A model generated the notes under the pieces. The model searched no databases. It saw only the letters and a program-made list of their open reading frames with translations, and was not told the DNA's origin. A DNA stretch of 64,000 nt, from contig JBAXVQ010000002.1 of assembly GCA_037128935.1 (NCBI GenBank), forward strand, positions 10,391 to 74,390, written 5' to 3'. The translations under genes and the position numbers were made by a program. Of the stretch, positions 27,983 through 37,859 are shown piece by piece. Position 1 is the stretch's first letter. Every line of letters begins with the position of its first letter. This stretch comes from a bacterium. Its GTDB lineage: Bacteria; Patescibacteriota; CG2-30-54-11; JBAXVQ01.

Positions 27983-29125
27983 ATGAAAAAAATTATGAGA
28001 ATTGCTATTGATGTCAGGCCTGCGATACAGAATGCGGCAGGGATTGGGCGATATACGAGAAATCTATTGAAGGCACTTTCGTCGATGGACAAAGTGAATA
28101 GTTATACACTACTCAGTGAGCCTTTTTCTTCGTTGCCGATGCCTCTTGGTGCTAATTTTCACTACCATCAGCTCTATAAGAAAGGCATTTCCTGGCATAT
28201 GCAGGCAATGCGGGAAATTGTTAAAGAAAATGTTGATCTTTACTTTTCTCCTTCCAGTTTATTGGTTCCCTCTTTCGCTTCATCTCCTACAGCCGTGATG
28301 ATTCATGATCTTTCGGCATTGAAATTTCCTCACTTTCATCAAAGAAAAACAAGGGTGATGGAACGTTTGCTTATGAAACGAGCTTTACAGCGAAGTAAAT
28401 TGTTACTTACCCCTGCTGAATCAACGAGAGAAGAACTTATTTCCGGTTTTGGTCTTGAACCTGACAAGGTGGTTGTTATTCCTCATGGGGTTGAATCTTC
28501 TTTTCATCCTAGACCTGTAAACGAGTGGTCGGGTTTTTCTAGCGATTTAGTTAAGGAACACTCTGAGGTTAGTATGTTGAAACGGGGAGACTATTTTCTT
28601 TTTGTTGGCACTTTAGAACCAAGAAAAAATTTAACGGCTTTACTTCGCGGTTTTCATGAGTACAGATCGAAAGGTGGAAAGAAAAAATTGGTAATTGTAG
28701 GAAAAAAGGGGTGGTTTTTTGCTCCAATATTTAGATTGTATCATGCATTAAAACTGCAAGATGACGTCTTGTTTCTTCACCATATTTCATCTGAGCATTT
28801 GTGTGGTTTTTATGCGTTTGCCTTTGCATTTCTCTACCCTAGTTATTATGAAGGTTTTGGATTGCCGTTGTTGGAAGCGATGGCTTCAGGATGTCCAGTT
28901 GTTAGTTCTAACACCTCTTCTATGCCAGAAGTGGTTGGGGCAGCAGGGTTATTGGTTGACCCGCTGTCATCTGATGAGTTATGTTCTGCAATGTTTAAGC
29001 TTGAAGGCTCCCCTGCCCTCTATGAACGTTTTCGAAAGGAAGTAGTTTTAAGAGCAAGTACATTTACATGGGAGAAGACTGCTGAGAAAACGCTGGAAGC
29101 TTTTAGGAAAGTAGTTGGAAATTGA
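27983..29125 (+). CDS. family 4 (GT-B, GT1-like) glycosyltransferase
   Basis: C-terminal YPSYYEGFGLPLLEAMASGCPVVSSN EX7E motif. The start is taken at MKKIMRIAIDV. Confidence 0.8.
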   Translation: MKKIMRIAIDVRPAIQNAAGIGRYTRNLLKALSSMDKVNSYTLLSEPFSSLPMPLGANFHYHQLYKKGISWHMQAMREIVKENVDLYFSPSSLLVPSFASSPTAVMIHDLSALKFPHFHQRKTRVMERLLMKRALQRSKLLLTPAESTREELISGFGLEPDKVVVIPHGVESSFHPRPVNEWSGFSSDLVKEHSEVSMLKRGDYFLFVGTLEPRKNLTALLRGFHEYRSKGGKKKLVIVGKKGWFFAPIFRLYHALKLQDDVLFLHHISSEHLCGFYAFAFAFLYPSYYEGFGLPLLEAMASGCPVVSSNTSSMPEVVGAAGLLVDPLSSDELCSAMFKLEGSPALYERFRKEVVLRASTFTWEKTAEKTLEAFRKVVGN

Positions 29126-29185
29126 TACGTACGGCGGGATTGTTTGTCTTGTCTTGTCTATTCTTACATTTTTGAAAGTATACTT

Positions 29186-30229
29186 ATGTCAAACTCAGGA
29201 ACACGTTCAGTTGGAAACTGGTTGAAAGGAAACGCCAAGTTTATTTTGGGGATAGTGGTTTCTTTGTTGTTTTTATATCTTGCTTTTGGAGGTTTACAAT
29301 TTGATAAAGTATTTCAAGAATATCAACGGATAAATTCATGGTATTTGCTTCTGGCTGTTGGTTTTTTCTTTATGGATGTGTTTTGGGTTTGTATACGATG
29401 GAGTTACCAGTTGCATAACTTGAATATCCGCAAAGATTTGAAAGTTACTTTTCCAATTACTCCTATTTCAGTTATTCCTTCTGTAGCTATTGGGTATTTT
29501 GCTAATAATATTTTTCCTGCTCGTGCTGGTGAGTTTTTTAGAACATTTTCTTGGTGTAAAAAAACAGGAATGGGAAAAAGTGTTGTGCTTGCAACTGTAG
29601 TTGTAGAACGAATTTTTGATGGTTTGGCGATGGTTACTTTGGCTGTGGTTTCCTCGTTTTTTATTAAAGATAAGATTGATGGATCTATTGCTTTTGTTAT
29701 TCAACTTGGAGCGTTTATTTTTCTAGGAATTCTTGTTTTTGCTTTTCTTATGCTTTTTTTCCCAAAGCCAATGGAGAAAATTCTTGATTCACTGGTAGGA
29801 TTTATTCCCCATACTAAGATTCAAGATTCGATAAAACATATTTACCATTCATTTATAGATGCGTTCAAGCTTCTTCCGAATTTTAAGAGTGTTGGTTTGC
29901 TTTATTTTTTTTCATTAATGAGTTGGCTGTTTGAAGGTCTAGTATATATGATAACTGCCAAGGCATTTGGTTTTGATTTGCCGGTGTATGCTTTTATTTT
30001 CACAGCAGCTTTTGCAAGTTTATGGACCCTGATTCCTTCTACTCCTGGGTATGCTGGAACATTTGATTTTGCTGTAGTCAAAGCTATGGGGCTTTTTGCA
30101 GTTTCAGCTTCAGTGGGAGCAGGGTATACAATCTTGTTGCACTTAGTGTTGTGGTTGCCGATAACGTTGATTGGCGCTTTTTTTGCATGGCGAGAAGGTG
30201 TGAAAAAAATAGATAAAGTTGTAACTTAG
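29186..30229 (+). CDS. UPF0104 / flippase-like (LPG-synthase TM domain) membrane protein
   Basis: Eight or so TM helices and the FANNIFPARAGEFFR motif typical of this family. Adjacent to the two GT genes. Confidence 0.6.
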   Translation: MSNSGTRSVGNWLKGNAKFILGIVVSLLFLYLAFGGLQFDKVFQEYQRINSWYLLLAVGFFFMDVFWVCIRWSYQLHNLNIRKDLKVTFPITPISVIPSVAIGYFANNIFPARAGEFFRTFSWCKKTGMGKSVVLATVVVERIFDGLAMVTLAVVSSFFIKDKIDGSIAFVIQLGAFIFLGILVFAFLMLFFPKPMEKILDSLVGFIPHTKIQDSIKHIYHSFIDAFKLLPNFKSVGLLYFFSLMSWLFEGLVYMITAKAFGFDLPVYAFIFTAAFASLWTLIPSTPGYAGTFDFAVVKAMGLFAVSASVGAGYTILLHLVLWLPITLIGAFFAWREGVKKIDKVVT

Positions 30230-30285
30230 CATAGTTGTTTATTTCTGATGAATATTAGTATATTTTTTCTTTGGGATGTTGTTTT

Positions 30286-31035
30286 ATGTATCACAAAACT
30301 GAATTTATAGTGCTTAAACGGATCAATTATAGTGATAATCATCGTATTCTTACGCTTCTTTCTCCTGAAAAAGGAAAGTTTACCGCTATCGCAAAAGGGA
30401 CAAGGAGTTTGACAAGCAAGTTGGCGCTTGGGATCGAGCTTTTTTGTCATAGTAAGGGAACTTTTGCTGAAGGGAAGTCGATGGATGTGTTGACGCAGGT
30501 GGCTTTGGTTGAGTACTTTGCACCGTTGCGGCAAGATTTTGAAACTATCAGCCGTGCACTTTATTTGCTTGAGTTGTGCGCTACGGTTGCTCAAGAAGAT
30601 CATGATCAGGGCGATCTATTTTCGTTATTGCTTCAAACACTTGATGGGTTATCTCGCCGTATTGCTGATTCGACTATGCTACTTTATTTTTTCGAAATGC
30701 ATTTGTTGTCGATTTTAGGTTTTCAGCCACAACTGTATACTTGTGCACAATGCGTTGCGCCGCTCACTCGTGAAGTAGCTGAATATGCGGTAACAGACCA
30801 TGGTATCATTTGTAAGCAGTGTCTTTTTCGCACCTTTCCAGCTTTGGATGAATATCCGTTACAGCGGGTTAGTTTTGAACAATTGATGCGTTTGCAAGAG
30901 TTGCAGACCATGGAGTGGGCTGATGTCTGCCAACCGCAGTCATTTTTGAAGGAAATTCGTGATCTTCCTGGGTTATTTCTCTCTTCTGTATTGGGAAGGG
31001 AGATGCGGACTCGGCAGTTTTTTTCCAGCAGCTAG
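30286..31035 (+). CDS. recO: DNA repair protein RecO
   Basis: N-terminal OB-fold pattern (EFIVLKRINYSDNHRILTLLSPEKGKFTAIAKG) and a C-terminal CxxC...CxxC zinc motif (CAQC...CKQC). Confidence 0.8.
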   Translation: MYHKTEFIVLKRINYSDNHRILTLLSPEKGKFTAIAKGTRSLTSKLALGIELFCHSKGTFAEGKSMDVLTQVALVEYFAPLRQDFETISRALYLLELCATVAQEDHDQGDLFSLLLQTLDGLSRRIADSTMLLYFFEMHLLSILGFQPQLYTCAQCVAPLTREVAEYAVTDHGIICKQCLFRTFPALDEYPLQRVSFEQLMRLQELQTMEWADVCQPQSFLKEIRDLPGLFLSSVLGREMRTRQFFSSS

Positions 31036-31064
31036 GTTATTGTTTACTATACATGAGGTATTGT

Positions 31065-31709
31065 ATGAAAACTGTTCTTTTATTCTATCCTCGGTTATTG
31101 AAAGCGAATTGGAGGTGGCTTGTTCTTTCAGGATGTGTTTTTGTTGTGGGACTTGCGATGGGGTGCGTTGTGTATACGCTATTTCCCGATATGGTAAATA
31201 AGCTGCTGGAGAATTCATTTTCTTCTTTATCACAGATAGCTTTGGAACTTGAGAAGCTTTCATTTTTGCAACAGGTGTGGATGATTTTGAGACAAAATGT
31301 AATTGTAGTAAGTATTATGCTGATTACTGGTGTCTTTTTTGGTGTTTTTCCTTTTCTTTTATTATTTAGCAATAGTTTTTTTATTGGTGTGTTGGGAGGG
31401 ATTTCTGTTGGTAAGATGAGTAGTGAGCTTTTCTTTTCAGCACTGGCTCCCCATGCTTTTTTTGAACTTCCAGCGTTATTCATTGTTGCGGCTTGGGGGA
31501 TGAAACTCGGACATCGAACATTTCTTCTTGTGACATCGCCTTTTCGCCAAAAACAGAAGTATAAAAATATTGGAGCGGAGTGGCAAAACACTTTTAATGA
31601 ATGCGGTTATATTTGGCTTCTGGTTGTTTTGCTTTTGATTGTTGCTGCTTTTATTGAGATTGGAGTTAGTTACAGGTTGGTTCAAGGGGCGGTTAATACA
31701 GGGCTTTGA
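31065..31709 (+). CDS. SpoIIM-like (stage II sporulation protein M family) membrane protein
   Basis: Four to five TM helices and the APHAFFELPALFIVAAWGMKLG motif. Confidence 0.6.
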   Translation: MKTVLLFYPRLLKANWRWLVLSGCVFVVGLAMGCVVYTLFPDMVNKLLENSFSSLSQIALELEKLSFLQQVWMILRQNVIVVSIMLITGVFFGVFPFLLLFSNSFFIGVLGGISVGKMSSELFFSALAPHAFFELPALFIVAAWGMKLGHRTFLLVTSPFRQKQKYKNIGAEWQNTFNECGYIWLLVVLLLIVAAFIEIGVSYRLVQGAVNTGL

Positions 31710-31781
31710 TCAGTAATTGCTGATGACATTCCGCCTCAGGCACAGTATGCTTTAAAAGGTTTTAGATAAGGAAATTATCTT

Positions 31782-33179
31782 ATGTTCAATTATACGACGT
31801 ATCTTTCAACATTCACTCATCGTTATGGAACTAACGCTATGAGGACGTTGTTTTCTGACGTGATGACTAGAAAGTTGTGGAGAAAGGTTTGGGTTGCATT
31901 GGCAAAAACGCAATCTAAATATGGTCTAGTTACTTTGGAAGAATTAGCTGATTTGGAAAAAAGTGCTGAAAGTATAGACATTGAAGCGGCATTGAAAATT
32001 GAAAGTGAAATTCATCATGATGTGATGGCAGAAATTAAGACATATGCTAGTCAATGTCTTATTGGTGGTGGAAAAATTCATCTAGGTGCAACATCGATGG
32101 ATGTGCGTGATAATGCTGAAGTGTTACAACAGAAGATGGCTCTGGAATTAGTAAAATGTCAGCTTCAGGCAATTTTATTACAGTTAAAATCGCTCATTGA
32201 ATTGCATCAGGAAACTGTGTGTATGGGGTTTACGCACATTCAGCCAGCCGAACCAATTACATTGGGGTATCGGTTTGCCAATTATGCCCAAGATTTTTTA
32301 ATGGATCTTGATGAGGTGAAGCGTTTGTTGACATCTATTCGTGGAAAAGGAATCAAGGGTGCTGTTGGAACGGGTGCAAGCTATCACCAGTTACTAGAGG
32401 ATAAGGGCGTTTCCCTTCTAGAGTTTGAAAAGGAAGTAATGGATAATCTCAGCTTGGCTGTTTTTCCTGTTTCAACGCAGGTATATCCTAGGAAGCAAGA
32501 TTTTCTCATTCTTTCAGTATTGGCAAGTATCTGCCAATCTGCTGCTAAGTTTGCTTTGGATCTTCGTTTATTGCAGTCACCTGTTTTTGGTGAAATGGCT
32601 GAGCCATTTGGCAAAAAACAGGTTGGCTCATCAGCAATGGCGTTTAAACGTAATCCTATTGTTAGTGAACGAATTTGTTCCCTAGCGAGACTAGTTCCTT
32701 CCTATGCTCAAGTTGCTTGGCAGGATGCTGCGCAGAATATTCTTGAACGAACTTTGGATGATTCGGCAAATCGTCGCACAATTATTCCTGAAAGTTATCT
32801 TGCTACTAGTGAGGTGCTTCGGTTGTTAGGAGATAAAATTTTACCTGGTTTGGTTGTTAATGATGTTGCTATTACGAGAAATTTTAATACCTACGGTATT
32901 TTTGCCGGTACGGAGCCACTGTTAATGGCTCTCGTTGAAAAAGGTGAAAATCGCCAGGAAGGCCATGAGGTGATTCGCGAACTTTCTCTTGAAGCATGGA
33001 AATCAATTCAGGAGGGAAAAGAAAATCCTCTGCTCCAACTATTAGAAGACCATTCGATGGTAAAAAAACATTTTACACCTTCTGAAGTTTGTCGATTAAC
33101 TGATGCTAAAAAACATGTTGGAAATGTTAAAGAAAAATGTGGAAAAATTCTAGAAGAAATTTCATCATCGGTTATTTAG
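31782..33179 (+). CDS. purB: adenylosuccinate lyase
   Basis: Fumarate-lyase signature GSSAMAFKRNP, and THIQPAEPITLG. Confidence 0.85.
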   Translation: MFNYTTYLSTFTHRYGTNAMRTLFSDVMTRKLWRKVWVALAKTQSKYGLVTLEELADLEKSAESIDIEAALKIESEIHHDVMAEIKTYASQCLIGGGKIHLGATSMDVRDNAEVLQQKMALELVKCQLQAILLQLKSLIELHQETVCMGFTHIQPAEPITLGYRFANYAQDFLMDLDEVKRLLTSIRGKGIKGAVGTGASYHQLLEDKGVSLLEFEKEVMDNLSLAVFPVSTQVYPRKQDFLILSVLASICQSAAKFALDLRLLQSPVFGEMAEPFGKKQVGSSAMAFKRNPIVSERICSLARLVPSYAQVAWQDAAQNILERTLDDSANRRTIIPESYLATSEVLRLLGDKILPGLVVNDVAITRNFNTYGIFAGTEPLLMALVEKGENRQEGHEVIRELSLEAWKSIQEGKENPLLQLLEDHSMVKKHFTPSEVCRLTDAKKHVGNVKEKCGKILEEISSSVI

Positions 33180-33268
33180 ATAGAAAATTTATACAGGGAT
33201 CTGGTTCTTTTGGGGTTCTGGTATACTAGCTAAAGACACTTTGTTATCTGCGAGGTTTTTTACATACT

Positions 33269-34069
33269 ATGGCTACAGCAGTTGGTGTTCGTGTTCAAAA
33301 GCTTGGGCTTATCCATTTTGTTGATCCTAAAGAATTAGAGCTTTCAGTAGGTGAATCTGTGGTTTTCGAAACGAAACATGGTTTGGAACTGGGACAGGTT
33401 GTGAACGTTAAAGAGCAGCCAAATCGAACAGATGATGAACAGCTAATGACGGTTGTTAGACGTGCTAAGCAGAATGATTTGTCTCAGGCGACTCATTTTT
33501 TGGAAAAAGAACTGGAAACTCATGCTTTGTGTCTTTCCAAGATTCAGCATCATGCTTTACCAATGAAATTGGTTAAGACTGATTATAACTTTAATGGCAC
33601 TCACGTGACGTTTTCCTTTACTGCTGAGGGGCGTGTGGATTTTCGTGAATTGGTGAAAGATCTTACACAGTCATTAAGGACAAAAGTAGAGTTACGTCAG
33701 ATTGGACCTAGGGATGAGACTAAAGTTGTGGGTGGGATTGGTAAATGTGGTCGTGTGCTTTGTTGTTCTTCTTGGATGCCAAAGTTTAAGTCAATTAGTA
33801 TGGATATGGCTTACAATCAGTATTTGGGGACGAAAAATCCTGATAAAATTACGGGTGTTTGTGGAAGACTTCTTTGTTGCCTTTCCTATGAGGATGAGTA
33901 TTATCGTGATGCTCGAAAAGAATACCCTGAAATCGGTGTGAAGATTAAAACCAAAGAAGGTACTGGCCACGTTATAGATATCAATATTTTTCGCGAAAAA
34001 ATTAAAGTTTCCATCGATGGTGGAGCCATTGTCGAGGTAGACAAGCATGATTACGAACTTACTTCCTAA
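33269..34069 (+). CDS. PSP1 domain protein (YaaT/RicT-like)
   Basis: Cys-rich GKCGRVLCCSSW...GVCGRLLCCLSYE motif characteristic of PSP1/YaaT. Confidence 0.75.
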   Translation: MATAVGVRVQKLGLIHFVDPKELELSVGESVVFETKHGLELGQVVNVKEQPNRTDDEQLMTVVRRAKQNDLSQATHFLEKELETHALCLSKIQHHALPMKLVKTDYNFNGTHVTFSFTAEGRVDFRELVKDLTQSLRTKVELRQIGPRDETKVVGGIGKCGRVLCCSSWMPKFKSISMDMAYNQYLGTKNPDKITGVCGRLLCCLSYEDEYYRDARKEYPEIGVKIKTKEGTGHVIDINIFREKIKVSIDGGAIVEVDKHDYELTS

Positions 34070-35297
34070 CTTTCTGGCTTTGACGGTGCTGGCTTTTTTT
34101 GTACTTGTTGTTACGAAGCTTGCCAAACCTAAACTTGCTTTGTCACGGCATCAGGTTAAAGAGGTTGTTGGGCAGGCACTTGCTTTGCAGATTACAGAGG
34201 AAACATTACCGTTTGTTCTTGATGAAATTACTTTGGCTACACAGAATAAAGATTTTAGTCGTGCGGAAGACCTATGTAATCAGCTTATTGGTGTTATACC
34301 TGAGAGTATTTTTTGTTCGTTTCTTCTCTATAAATCTCAACAGTATCAAAGTAACTTTTCTAAAGCCGAGATAGCTTTGCGTAAAGTTATTGAACTTCAA
34401 CTAGCGGAAGAAAATGTAAAAAAGTCTGTCCCAAGACAATATATTCGATCAACAAAATCTATAGCCGAAATTCTTAAAGAAAGTCCAGTCATTAAGCAAC
34501 GAGAATCTGAAGTCCCAACTCTTTTTGAAAATCTTTTTGAGTTGGGGCGAATTTTGCAACAACAAAATAAAAATGATTTGTCACCAACTGATTGGCTTGA
34601 TTCGAGTATCTCGGTTTTTCGAAAATGTTTGGAGTTGGATGCACATTATGCTCCTGCTCATTTCACGGTTGGAACAATTCTTCAGGAGCATGATTGTCCC
34701 GTTGAAGAGTATTTGCCTTATTTCGAAGCAGCTTTTCGATATGATCAATCAATGCTCGAAGTTGGTATTATGCTAGGTAATACTTTTGTTTTACTTAAAG
34801 ATTACGCTAAAGCTACTCTTATGTTTAATAAAGTGTTGAGTCATGATCCTAAAAATTCACTTGCTCACCAAGGGCTTGGGGTTGTTTATCTTCAACAAAA
34901 ACAGCTCGTTCGAGCAAAAGCAGCTTTCGAAAAAGCAATAGAAACGGGGATGGAGGATGTTGGATTATTTACAAGGATAGCGTCTGTATATAATCAGCTT
35001 GAAGAATATTCTGACGCTGAGGCATTTTATCGGAAGGCTATTGCTTTGGAGCCTACTGCTTCGCGCTATTTTCAGCTAGGACAGGTTTGTTTGCTTTTAA
35101 AGAAAAAGACTGCGGCTTTGGAATCATTTGCGAAGGCTGTGGAGCTTGAAGATGATCGAGCTCAATATATTGAGGCTTATGCCGAGTTGTTGCAAGAACT
35201 TGGTGAAGAATTAAAAGCAAAACCTTTTTGGGAAAAGCTTTTGAAAGTGGATGCAGCTAATAAGAAAGCTGTTCAGGCTTTGGCTCGGTTGGTTTAA
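34047..35297 (+). CDS. TPR repeat protein with N-terminal TM anchor
   Basis: Multiple 34-aa TPR-like units (A..F.KA..L.P) in the C-terminal 200 aa. Overlaps the upstream gene by 23 nt. Confidence 0.7.
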   Translation: MITNLLPNFLALTVLAFFVLVVTKLAKPKLALSRHQVKEVVGQALALQITEETLPFVLDEITLATQNKDFSRAEDLCNQLIGVIPESIFCSFLLYKSQQYQSNFSKAEIALRKVIELQLAEENVKKSVPRQYIRSTKSIAEILKESPVIKQRESEVPTLFENLFELGRILQQQNKNDLSPTDWLDSSISVFRKCLELDAHYAPAHFTVGTILQEHDCPVEEYLPYFEAAFRYDQSMLEVGIMLGNTFVLLKDYAKATLMFNKVLSHDPKNSLAHQGLGVVYLQQKQLVRAKAAFEKAIETGMEDVGLFTRIASVYNQLEEYSDAEAFYRKAIALEPTASRYFQLGQVCLLLKKKTAALESFAKAVELEDDRAQYIEAYAELLQELGEELKAKPFWEKLLKVDAANKKAVQALARLV

Positions 35298-35374
35298 GCT
35301 ACTTTTGAATCCTCAATCTTTCAATCCTTTTTTCTTTTACCTACAATAGAAACCAACAAACTGAGGTATTTTAT

Positions 35375-36808
35375 ATGTCTGTACGTGTTCGCATGGCACC
35401 CTCCCCTACTGGTTTTTTTCACGTTGGGAGTGCAAGAACGGCTTTATTTAATTATCTTTTTGCTAAGCATAATAATGGAACATTTATTCTTCGAATTGAG
35501 GATACTGATCAGGAACGCTCGAAACTTGAACATGAAGCATTAATCTATAAGGCTTTTGCTTATCTGGGGATTGATTACGATGAAGGACCTGAAAAGCCAG
35601 CTCAATATGGACCTTATCGTCAGTCAGAACGAATAGGTTTTTATCCTAAATATGCTCAACAGTTATTGGATGCAGGCAACGCTTATTACTGTTTTTGTTC
35701 TCCTCAGGATTTGACTTTAGAACGTGAAGAACAAGCTAGAAATAAGGTAGCTCCACGGTATAGTGGGAAATGCAGAAATTTGACTAAAAAGCAACAAGAA
35801 GTACTGCGAAAAGAAGGTCGAAAACCTGCTTTACGGTTTGCAATTCCTGATGTCGAGGTTGTGTATTCCGATATGATAAGAGGGGAAGTACGCTTTGATG
35901 CTAGTTTGTTTGGAGATATGGTTATTATGAAAGCAGATGGTTTTCCTGCTTACAATTTTGCTTGTGTAGTTGATGATGCGTTGATGGAAATTTCTCATGT
36001 AATTCGTGGGGAGGATCATATTTCCAATACACCGAAACAGATTCTTTTATATGATGCCTTAGGATTTTCTTTGCCGGATTTTGCGCATCTACCTTTGATA
36101 CTCAATCCTGACCGTTCAAAAATGAGCAAACGCAAGGGTGACTGTAATCTTTTTGATTATCAACAGGCAGGGTACATGTCTGAGGCTTTCGTTAATTTTT
36201 TAGCTTTGGTTGGATGGTCGCCTGGTAATGACAAGGAGTTATTTACCAAGACTGAACTAGTGCAATTGTTTTCTCTCCTTCAGGTGGGGAAAAGCGGAGC
36301 GATATTTAATCGAGATAAGGTTGATTGGTTTAATGGAATGTATATTCGTCAACTTTCACTTGATGAATTGTTGCGTCGTTGCACTCAGTATATTCCTGAA
36401 CAGTGGCAACAAGACAAGGAAAAACTCAAGAATATTTTGAAGTTGGTTCAAGAACGTTTGGTCGTTTTTTCTGAGGTGAAGGAGCAGATATCGTTTGTTT
36501 TTGAGTCAATCATTCCCGACAAGCTATTGTTACAACCTGCTAAAAAGACCGCGGAAGAAGCTATTCTGGCTTTGGGATCAGTGAATGAACTATTTGCATC
36601 AGTTAGTTGGGATCATGGTAGTTTAGAACAAGCTTTTCGCGAGAAGGCTATTGAGCTTGAATGGAAGACCGGTGAGCTATTTATGCTTGTTAGGATTGCA
36701 GTTACTGGAAGTAAGGCTTCGCCTCCTCTATTCGATACATTATTGGTGTTAGGTAAAGAATGTGTGATTGAGCGTGTTGAACGTGCTATTGTACTTCTTA
36801 GTTCATAA
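35375..36808 (+). CDS. gltX: glutamate--tRNA ligase
   Basis: RMAPSPTGFFHVGSARTA (HIGH) and KMSKRKG (KMSKS) motifs. Confidence 0.9.
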   Translation: MSVRVRMAPSPTGFFHVGSARTALFNYLFAKHNNGTFILRIEDTDQERSKLEHEALIYKAFAYLGIDYDEGPEKPAQYGPYRQSERIGFYPKYAQQLLDAGNAYYCFCSPQDLTLEREEQARNKVAPRYSGKCRNLTKKQQEVLRKEGRKPALRFAIPDVEVVYSDMIRGEVRFDASLFGDMVIMKADGFPAYNFACVVDDALMEISHVIRGEDHISNTPKQILLYDALGFSLPDFAHLPLILNPDRSKMSKRKGDCNLFDYQQAGYMSEAFVNFLALVGWSPGNDKELFTKTELVQLFSLLQVGKSGAIFNRDKVDWFNGMYIRQLSLDELLRRCTQYIPEQWQQDKEKLKNILKLVQERLVVFSEVKEQISFVFESIIPDKLLLQPAKKTAEEAILALGSVNELFASVSWDHGSLEQAFREKAIELEWKTGELFMLVRIAVTGSKASPPLFDTLLVLGKECVIERVERAIVLLSS

Positions 36809-36822
36809 AAAAGTGATTCTTT

Positions 36823-37332
36823 ATGGTAGAAAAACAAAGGGTATTGACCCACAGAGAAGTTCATCATGCAGCAAATGAAGCGTTGCTTCATGGCTATAAA
36901 GAAAGAGATCTTGTTCGATATTTTAGAGAGAAAGGGTTTTCACACTTTGAAATTTTTAAAATAATTTCAAGTACCCGCTTTCGGCTCTATCAATCTTTGA
37001 TAAAACGTATTGGAGATGTTGGTTTTGTTAATATGGCTTTAGGACTACTTTCTATTGTAATTGCTTTTCCATACAAGCGTGATAGCTGGTTCTCGTATTA
37101 CTTATTATTTTCAGGAGTGATTTTCTTGGGAGTCTCTTACTACAGTGTAAGAACAAAACGATGGGTGTTATTTAGTGGTTTAGGTCTGGTCGTTTTTGAT
37201 TTTATTTTATGTTTATTTCTAGTTGGAAGTATTGAGAATGTTTTGTTGTTGTTGGTGATCAAAATCTGGCTTACATCTTTGGTTTTTTTGCAATTGCTTT
37301 ACCACCCTAAAGGCAATAAGCCGAAAAAATAG
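36823..37332 (+). CDS. hypothetical membrane protein
   Basis: 169-aa ORF with a soluble N-terminal 60 aa followed by four hydrophobic helices. Confidence 0.45.
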   Translation: MVEKQRVLTHREVHHAANEALLHGYKERDLVRYFREKGFSHFEIFKIISSTRFRLYQSLIKRIGDVGFVNMALGLLSIVIAFPYKRDSWFSYYLLFSGVIFLGVSYYSVRTKRWVLFSGLGLVVFDFILCLFLVGSIENVLLLLVIKIWLTSLVFLQLLYHPKGNKPKK

Positions 37333-37352
37333 AATTTGAGCTAGTATGAGGT

Positions 37353-37381
37353 TTGCATTTATTGATTTATACTTCTATACT
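37353..37381 (+). promoter_or_regulatory. sigma-70-type promoter candidate (TTGCAT-N17-TATACT) with a roughly 90-nt leader
   Basis: TTGCAT at 37353-37358 and TATACT at 37376-37381. The leader contains the small hairpin GTTACAC-TTTTTT-GCGTAAC. Confidence 0.45.
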
Positions 37382-37473
37382 TGTAGTAGTCGGAGTTACA
37401 CTTTTTTGCGTAACAAAGGTCGTTCCGTCAACCATGTGCGTCATGTTTATGTTTAGAATGGAAATTTTGTTCA

Positions 37474-37764
37474 ATGAGTAAGACACTTTATGTAGGGGGC
37501 ATCTCCTACAAAACCAATCCAGAATCCCTTAAAGAGCATTTCTCAGCAGCCGGTTCAGTGGAATCTGCACAGATTATCACTGATCGTATGACTGGTAAAT
37601 CTCGTGGATTCGGCTTTGTCGAAATGTCAACGGAAGAAGAAGCTCACCAGGCAATCGAGTTATTCGATGGCAAAGAGTTTGAAGGTAGAACCTTAACCGT
37701 TAACATCGCAAGGCCAAAAACAGATCGTCCTCCACGACGTTCTGGCCCAGATGATGAATCCTAG
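37474..37764 (+). CDS. RRM-type RNA-binding protein
   Basis: RNP-2 (LYVGGI) and RNP-1 (RGFGFVEM) motifs; 96 aa. Confidence 0.85.
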   Translation: MSKTLYVGGISYKTNPESLKEHFSAAGSVESAQIITDRMTGKSRGFGFVEMSTEEEAHQAIELFDGKEFEGRTLTVNIARPKTDRPPRRSGPDDES

Positions 37765-37802
37765 CGCTCGTTTTAACACATACTACGCACGCTGATCAGC
37801 AA

Positions 37803-37835
37803 AGCTCCCCCGCAGAAATGTAGGGGAGCTTTTTT
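37803..37835 (+). terminator. rho-independent terminator
   Basis: AGCTCCCC-(12 nt)-GGGGAGCT followed by TTTTT, 39 nt after the stop. Confidence 0.7.
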
Positions 37836-37859
37836 ATGAAACTTTACCACCACTTTTTT